Assembly (NCBI GenBank): GCA_963693365.1
Contig: CAVNZM010000007.1
Coordinates: 2,527,979-2,591,978 of the forward strand
DNA from: Amoebidium appalachense
Taxonomy: Eukaryota > Protista > Ichthyosporea
Direction of reading: 5' to 3'
DNA: 64,000 nt
Part shown: positions 56,753-64,000 of the stretch, piece by piece
How the letters are laid out: the number at the start of each line of letters is the position of its first letter
Numbering within the stretch: position 1 is the stretch's first letter
The notes under the pieces: model-generated
What the model saw: the letters and a program-made list of their open reading frames with translations, nothing else
Databases searched by the model: none
What the model was told of the DNA's origin: nothing
Position numbers and translations under genes: made by a program

Positions 56753-57418
56753 CCCCGCCCCGCCCTTGAAGCCCGAAAAATAAAAACAAACAAGCAAGCA
56801 CTTAGATACTACACACCCTCCAGCAGGCACAAATGCACACGCCCACGTGCGCATACACACGTTCAACACACCCAACACACCTTGACAAACACTTCACTAG
56901 GCTACTCAAAAATGCTAAGTTTACACACCCCGGCTGGGGCCACACCCCATATCCACCATGTATAAGAGCATGCTTACTGCTCTAATATCCCAACGGCCTG
57001 ATAATTTGGTAAGTTGGCATGCAATATTCGTAACTCACACACCTTGCATACATTATCCCCTCACCAGGTTAAGGTGTGGACAGACGTAAAAAAGAAGCAT
57101 TCCGCGCACGCAGCCACAGCGGACCTTTCCATCTCCGACATTGCAAAAGGAACGGCATTTTGCGGTGCGGATGCCTTAATCGTAACGGGTATGGAAACGG
57201 GCGCACATACGAACATTTCTGATGTTCAAGCGGCAAAAGCAGGGGGGTTGCCTGTTATAGTTGGGTCGGGGGTTACCCCTGAAGATGCGAGCGTTTTGGC
57301 GCGAACGGCTGATGGGTTAATAGTGGGAAGTTGGATTAAAGATGGGGGGGATTGGAGAAAGCCGGTGGATGTGCAAAGGGTGAGGAGGATAAAGGAAGCG
57401 GTGGTGGCGGTGCTTTAA
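50681..57418 (+). CDS. BtpA/SgcQ-family TIM-barrel protein, 4 exons (50681-50915, 52526-52690, 55115-55185, 57068-57418), 273 aa
   Basis: GT-AG introns with matching phases. Family motifs IGMVHLKPLPGSP, LLVENMSDLPY, VGVQLL, FIRAEAF, DEGWMNACAGELLR, DVKKKHSAH, ADALIVTG, VIVGSGVT and ADGLIVGSWIK. Confidence 0.93.
51768..52600 (+). repeat. 185-210 bp tandem repeat containing the BtpA exon 2 acceptor plus about the first 70 nt of the exon
   Basis: CAG|AAACCAYGGCMGCCATGACGATASCCGTGCATGAGGTGATGAARCTTGG at 51939, 52149, 52341 and at the true exon 52526. Confidence 0.9.
52956..53651 (+). mobile_element. Cluster of four diverged family A fragments (52956-53056, 53124-53277, 53312-53443, 53585-53651), each ending in a C-run
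   Basis: Reverse complements of the plus-strand text of the PARP1-intron copies: TGAGGATGGGCTCTGCTTAT, GGGTCGAAACTCGGG...GATGACTTGGG, GATGTTGCATATTTGAATGTTTGCTTTTGCATGTGTCCTGCA, TGTGTACTTCG. Confidence 0.75.
56078..56115 (+). mobile_element. Family A element, 3'-terminal fragment
   Basis: TTCGTACTGTGTTCCGCATTC is identical to the element end and is followed by a C-run. Confidence 0.65.
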
Positions 57419-57870
57419 TGGTCCTTTAAAGTACCCAGTTTGGGATATGATGTTAACGTATTATTTAGCCAGTTTTGGATATACCAGGTTTCGAAACAGC
57501 TATTGGATATACCATTTCCTTCGCAGCTGTTGGATATTGGACTAAGGGATAAGTGAAATTGGGGAAAACAGAAAAACCGTGGATTGCAAAGCTTTAAGGG
57601 TGAGGAGGATAAAGGAGGTGGTGGCGGCAGCGTTTTAATAATTTTTTAATTACCCGGTTTGGAATATGATTCTAATGCAGGTTTTGGATATTTTAAGCGT
57701 CTAGGCGACTATTGGATGTACCATTTGATATGTGGTGCTTGGATTTACAGAGTTTCTAGGGCGCTTTTGGATATGCCAAGTGTGTCGGCTGCTTTTGGAT
57801 ATACCAAGATTTTCAGGCTACTTTTGGATATACCGAGTTTATTTCTAGCTGCTTTTTGATATATCACCTG
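57331..57870 (+). repeat. Degenerate duplication of the BtpA CDS end and 3' flank, plus short TTGGATATACCA-type repeats
   Basis: AAGGGTGAGGAGGATAAAGGA at 57376 and 57596, with colinear flanks. Confidence 0.7.
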
Positions 57871-58212
57871 AATTTCTAGACTGCTGCTCTGGTGGCCCGC
57901 TGGTAGAGTCACAGTATTAGACACATAAGAGGTGTTGTTATATCCCCATGTATGATGAGATTAAATGCATGATATCACATGTGTATATACATAACTTCCA
58001 GCGTCGCAAAAATCAGGGGATTAATTATTATTCGATATTTCGACAACCCAGGAACACATATACAACGGTCCAGGCAACATGGACAGTTTTGCCCCTTACC
58101 CATCCTTTTACAAGTTATCTCAAGCAATCAATCTCACTAGTAAAAGATTTTTCCTTTGACCAGGTGTCCCTCGACTTGAGGCTTCATTCATGTGATGTGC
58201 GTGTGTGTGTGC

Positions 58213-59230
<1,018 letters not shown>

Positions 59231-60186
59231 CTTTGAAAGGCCGGGGGTACCTCCCAGCTGAAGTCAAACTGACGCGTACCAAGCTGTTTCTGTATCATAA
59301 TAATTTTAGCGAACTTACATATTCACAGCTTATCACCGAGACACGCCGAGATAACCAAGCATGAGCATGGGATTTCCCAAGCATTCCACAGGGGCACGAA
59401 GGCACCATATTGCCGGCGTCGACAAGCAGCCTGTGGCACGGCAGGGCACGGCCCACCACCCCTACGCGGCTGTGAATGCATGCATGCACTGATATTATGA
59501 GTCTTGCGTTTGCCATCAATCCTCAGTGTCAACCGTTACGTTGCCATGGCCAACGGTATTACTGACGCGTATTAGTACTCTTTAGCTGCAGTGTATCTGG
59601 GAAAGTATTTTCGATGATGTGGCTTTGGACATGCATGGTTTAGTTAGAGGTCACGTACATGCATTGTGTACTGAATAGGAAAGTTCGACTTGGCAGAAAA
59701 CTCGCATCACGGTGCCACCGTATGGACTCGTGGGTAATTTTTGGGTGACCAAACGGATCAAACATAGATATCGATAGGCTGCAGTGCCAACTTTGCAAAA
59801 GACATCCGGTGACTTGTGTGCGCGCGAGCGCGCACATATCGACAGTGCTTATATATGCAATGAGTAAGTTTAGGCTCCTTCTTTTTTTCACCTTTTTTCT
59901 TCTTGTTTCATGAGCAGCCTCAGAGCAGGGGCTATCGCAATAACCCAAATTTAAAAAGTGCGTCACTGAGGGGTCGCGACTATTCAGTGTTCATGTTCAC
60001 TCCGTTCGCGGCCCAGGGGCCAGGGGGGGAAGTTACGAAAAAAAATCGTCGTAATTACGATTAACGAAAGACCCCGATACGAATGAGGCTAGGGTGCCGT
60101 CGTAACAGCCTTCGTATCAGATGTATAGCATTATAGACGCTTTAAGGCCCCCTAATATCTAACTGTACCTAATTTTTTCAATATTT

Positions 60187-60951
60187 TGTTGGAGTACACT
60201 GGTACTCCCGGCTAGCAATGTCTGTTAGAGAAAGTTTCTGAGCAATTGAATAACTGTTTCAACACTCACTCGAGTGCATAGAGCTTTTGTTTACGGTCAT
60301 ATTCATATATGGTAGTTATATGTTTGAGCCAAAACTGTACCAATGACGAGCTTCACTAGCAACGTGCTAATTGTGCTCATTAATTAATATTCCCGGTTCA
60401 GATGATGTCATGTCTATATTTGCCACAGGATTCTATTCTTAGAGTGGTAGTGTGCTTTATTCCCGGATATTCTCAGAATATTTTTAGTTGTGTGAAGCAA
60501 GATTTACGTTTAACTGCAATTGGTGTGTTAAACACGTTTATTTGTGTGCTTTAGTGCAAGTTAACTAGCCACTCAACGTGCACAGTTAACTTTTATATCT
60601 TTAACGACTTGTTTTCATTGTGCTCTCTTTTCGGCCATGCTGTACATGGCCCACCACCAGGGTGCACACGAGGCCACCATGAGGTGGCCAACGACTATAT
60701 AAAGCAGTGCCTCCCATGTCACAAACATGGGAAGCAGAACGTTTGATTTACACTTTTCTACTGTCGTTTCCAGTGCACAAAACACATAGACTAGTTACCC
60801 ATCATACACGACACTATGTCTGACAACTTACAGTTGCAGCAACTAGTCCAACTACTGGAGCAGAGGTTGGCCTCACAAGATGCAATCATTTCTGACTTAC
60901 AGAAGGAACAACGTGCACTAGAACTAGCTTCTATGAACACAATGTCCAACA
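60187..60951 (+). repeat. Predicted 5' LTR (765 bp)
   Basis: Terminal inverted repeat TGTTGGA...TCCAACA immediately before the PBS, with internal TATATAAA at 60696. The 3' LTR is outside the window, so the left boundary is inferred. Confidence 0.75.
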
Positions 60952-62024
60952 GGGTTATGGGCCCCTCACGTAATGATTCCATCAAGTTCAAGGTCGACAT
61001 CCCTCTCTTCACTGGCATTGATAATGATTCAGGCACGGACTACCACACATGGGCCGAAACCATGTATGTCCAGCTTTCTGGTGCTGGTCTTCTCCACACC
61101 ATCGCGCCCAGTACGGAGCACCCGGCTACCCGTGAACAGGTCGACACTGCCCGTTCCTACCTGTGGCAAGCACTCTCGATTGACGTGCGTTGTATCCTAG
61201 GGTTAACACGCACCACCACACCTGCGGAGATATGGTCGGCCCTATCTGCCCACTACCTGGAGCAATCTGAGGCCAATCAGTACGACCTTATCGGGCTGTA
61301 CATGAATTCTACGCCTGAACCTACGGACACCGCGACGAAATACGCCATGAAACTCCGCGGCTACGTGCGGCGCCTGGCCGATTACGGCACACAAATTGGT
61401 GATGCTCAAGTGCTGACCAAGCTCACCAACGACCTCGGCAAGGTGCCTTACTACGAAATGCCTGTAATTGCCTACAAGATGACACCCAAGCCTACCGTGA
61501 TGGGCCTCCTCCAACAGCTACGGGCATATGAGACCAGCCACCCACGTGCACGTGTGACTACCAGCTCCGGGCCGGCCGCCTTCACCACACGGGCTCCTCA
61601 ACCTGTCATCTGCCACGGCTGCGGCAAACCAGGCCACATCAAGTCTCAGTGCCCCAACGGCAACGGCCAACACAGCAACTCTGGCAACAACCGTGCCAGC
61701 ACCTACCCCAAGGGTTCCTGCGTCAACCACCCACTGTCTACCAGTCACACTACCGCCATGTGCAAGGGGGGCAACCGTGCCAACGGCCGCAAACCTAAGG
61801 GTGGTCCCCTCCTGCCTGGGTCCTGCATCAACCACCCTGCCTCTACTACCCACACTACGGCACAGTGCAAGGGGGGGCTGCCGCTCCCCGGGCTTTCCTC
61901 ATGTCTAGCAACGACTGTGGCACCAACAAGGTGCTCCTCGACTCTGGAGCCACTGACCATGTGTGCCCCCGGCCCGATGTGTTCATCAACATGCGTGCGG
62001 CGCCTTACTCCACGGTCCAAGTAG
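60816..62024 (+). CDS. gag: Copia Gag (402 aa as read) with CCHC zinc knuckle
   Basis: IPLFTG...DYHTWAETM, TPAEIWSALSAHY and CHGCGKPGHIKSQC. The C-terminal ~48 aa overlap the pol frame. Confidence 0.88.
   Translation: MSDNLQLQQLVQLLEQRLASQDAIISDLQKEQRALELASMNTMSNRVMGPSRNDSIKFKVDIPLFTGIDNDSGTDYHTWAETMYVQLSGAGLLHTIAPSTEHPATREQVDTARSYLWQALSIDVRCILGLTRTTTPAEIWSALSAHYLEQSEANQYDLIGLYMNSTPEPTDTATKYAMKLRGYVRRLADYGTQIGDAQVLTKLTNDLGKVPYYEMPVIAYKMTPKPTVMGLLQQLRAYETSHPRARVTTSSGPAAFTTRAPQPVICHGCGKPGHIKSQCPNGNGQHSNSGNNRASTYPKGSCVNHPLSTSHTTAMCKGGNRANGRKPKGGPLLPGSCINHPASTTHTTAQCKGGLPLPGLSSCLATTVAPTRCSSTLEPLTMCAPGPMCSSTCVRRLTPRSK
60953..60964 (+). promoter_or_regulatory. Primer binding site GGTTATGGGCCC (internal half of initiator tRNA-Met)
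   Basis: One base after the LTR-terminal CA; same type of PBS as Drosophila copia and yeast Ty5. Confidence 0.85.
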
Positions 62025-64000
62025 CCGACAAGGGTGCATGTGCAGTGCTTGGGGTGGGCGACGTGTTCTTTTCCAGCACCATCGACGGCGTTACTGCGGT
62101 GCATCAGCTGACGGATGTACTCTACGTGCCCTCCATCCCCGACACTCTCATCAGTGTGTTCACGGCAACTACCAACGGTGTTTTACCCCGCTTTGACACC
62201 CGCGGCGGCGTTAAGTTGTGCTACGGCGATCAAATTCTGGCCACCGGCTCGGCTGTCGGCACCAAGCTGTACCACATGGCGGTGTCTCTTCTGCGCGCGG
62301 ACACAACCCCGGACGCCCAAACCACCACTGCTCCGCGTATCCTCAAGGTTACTGCCGACCTCAACACGTGGCACTACCGTCTGGGCCATGCTGGCATTGA
62401 CGCTGTACGCTCGGTCATCAAGTCTGCAGGCCTGTTGGTGGGTGGCGGTGCCAAGTCTCCGGGTGTGTGTGAGCCCTGTGCCCTCGGCAAAGCCCACCGT
62501 GTTGCCTTCTCCGAATCAACTAGCCAAGCTCCCCGGGTCCTAGCCAAGGTTCACAGCGACATCAGCGGCCCCTTCCCTCCCGCGATCGGTGGTGCTCAGT
62601 ACTTGGCGACGTTCCACGACGAATTCACCGGCCACACCACGGCCGTGCCCCTCGTCAAGAAGTCGGACACACTGGCTGCATATGTGACGTACCACAAGGC
62701 GGCGGTTACCCAACACGGTGTTCCCATGCAGGTGTTTCAGTCCGACGGGGGGGGCGAGTACATGGGCACGGCCTTCGGGGACTACAACCGTGAGCATGGC
62801 ATTCGCCATCAGATCACTACCACCGGCTCTCCTCAACAGAATGGGACTGCCGAACGACTGAACCGGACCCTCCTCGACATGGTTCGGGCACTCCTGCAGC
62901 AGTCCGGCCTTCCGGTGGGATTCTGGGCCGAGGCAGCTGTGACCGCGGCTTTTATACGCAACATGCTCCCGTCGCGAGCCACCGGCAGCCAATCGTCTCC
63001 CGCTCTGCTGTGGACCGGCATTCCTCCCGACTACAGCCGGCTCCGTGTCTGGGGCTCTCCCTGCTACGTCCATCAACAGGATACACCGAAACTGGCGCCT
63101 CGTGCCGTCAAGGGCGTCTTCGTGGGCTACCCTCCTAACATCAAGGGCTACAAGGTCTGGATTCCAGCAGCACACAAGATGACCGTCAGCCGTGACGTGC
63201 AGTTCGACGAGGCTGCTATTCTGCACCCCCTCCGTGATGTCCCATCTGATTGGTCGACCGCACCGGCAATTCATCATTTTTTGGAGTCATCTGATTCGTC
63301 AAATCAGCCAGCCAATCACATCGTCCGGAATGATCAGCAATCTGATTCGTCTCGTCTGTCAGCCAATGGGACAGCGCCGAGTGATCAATTGGACATTCCG
63401 ATCCTGCCCGAGCCTGCACATCGGCTCCCCCGGACGACCCGTAGTGGCGCTGTGTACAACGACCAACGTCGAGGCCCGACTGCCAACGTGGCTGCTGCTA
63501 CGGCCCCCCTTGCCCCCCAGGCTACGGCTCCTGCATCAACACCCATCAAGGCTTCCACCATTGTTGTCCCCAAGACTGTCCGGGCTGCACTCAAGAGTCC
63601 CCAGCGTCTGAAATGGGAGGAGGCTGCACACCGTGAGCTCAAGGCCCTGGAAGACAACGGCACCTTCACCCTTGTGCCCCGTCCAGAGGATGGCTCCACT
63701 GTCATTCCGGTCGGCTGGGTCTTTACGGTCAAGCAGGACAACGTCGGCAACGTCACTGCTTTCAAGGCCCGGCTTGTGGCCCGGGGCAACTACCAGCAGC
63801 CTGGCCAGGACTATTTCGTCACCGAGTCACCTGTGGCTGCGCTGGCTACCATCCGGCTGGTTTTGGCTACCTCCGTGGCCCAAGGTCTGCCTCTGCGCCA
63901 CATCGACGTCAACACAGCATTCCTCAACGGCACCGTCAACGAGACCATCTACATTGAGCAGCCCCCTGGCTTCGTCAACCCCTCGGCCCCCCATGCTGTC
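61877..64000 (+). CDS. pol: Copia Pol polyprotein (partial; -1 frame relative to gag)
   Basis: Translated by hand and open to the window end: VLLDSGATDH (protease), WHYRLGH...CEPCALGK (HHCC), VHSDISGP, SDGGGEY, PQQNGTAERLNRT (DDE), GVFVGY...KGYKVW, FKARLVARG, HIDVNTAFLNG, IYIEQPPGF (RT). Confidence 0.95.

Larger units (their letters stand above)
60187..64000 (+). mobile_element. Ty1/copia LTR retrotransposon (5' LTR, PBS, gag, PR-IN-RT; truncated by the window end)
   Basis: Domain order protease-integrase-RT; LTR and PBS described below. Confidence 0.96.

Noticed and set aside
59250-59470. Minus-strand exon-like segments with GTAAGT and GTACCC donors
   Set aside because: Short peptides with no recognisable similarity and no complete gene model.
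61242-63789. Minus-strand and alternative-frame ORFs within the copia element
   Set aside because: Shadows of the GC-rich gag/pol codons.

Overview
Eukaryotic genomic DNA, very rich in (CA)n/(GT)n, (CT)n, (GCGT)n and long C/G homopolymer runs, so most of the ORF track is low-complexity noise. Manual splice reconstruction gives: a complete 28-exon PARP1 gene (minus strand, 9104-37110, about 1026 aa, all GT-AG, phases consistent); a 4-exon BtpA/SgcQ-family gene (+, 50681-57418); an intronless secreted trypsin-like protease; a small intronless Cys-rich protein; tRNA-Ser(UGA); two partial unknown genes; and the 5' part of a Ty1/copia LTR retrotransposon with a half-tRNA(iMet) primer site and a -1 gag/pol offset. 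The most notable unexplained system is a structured, non-coding interspersed element of about 445 bp. It has about 13 copies, all intronic, all in the host-gene sense orientation, all ending at the same 3' end fused to a poly(C) run, with variable 5' truncation and one head-to-tail pseudo-LTR-like tandem, i.e. a candidate poly(C)-anchored retroposon. It accompanies an unusual intron grammar (C-runs after donors, (CA)n-CAG acceptors) and repeated tandem duplications of exon boundaries. The organism cannot be identified from this window, and homopolymer lengths may be affected by sequencing error.
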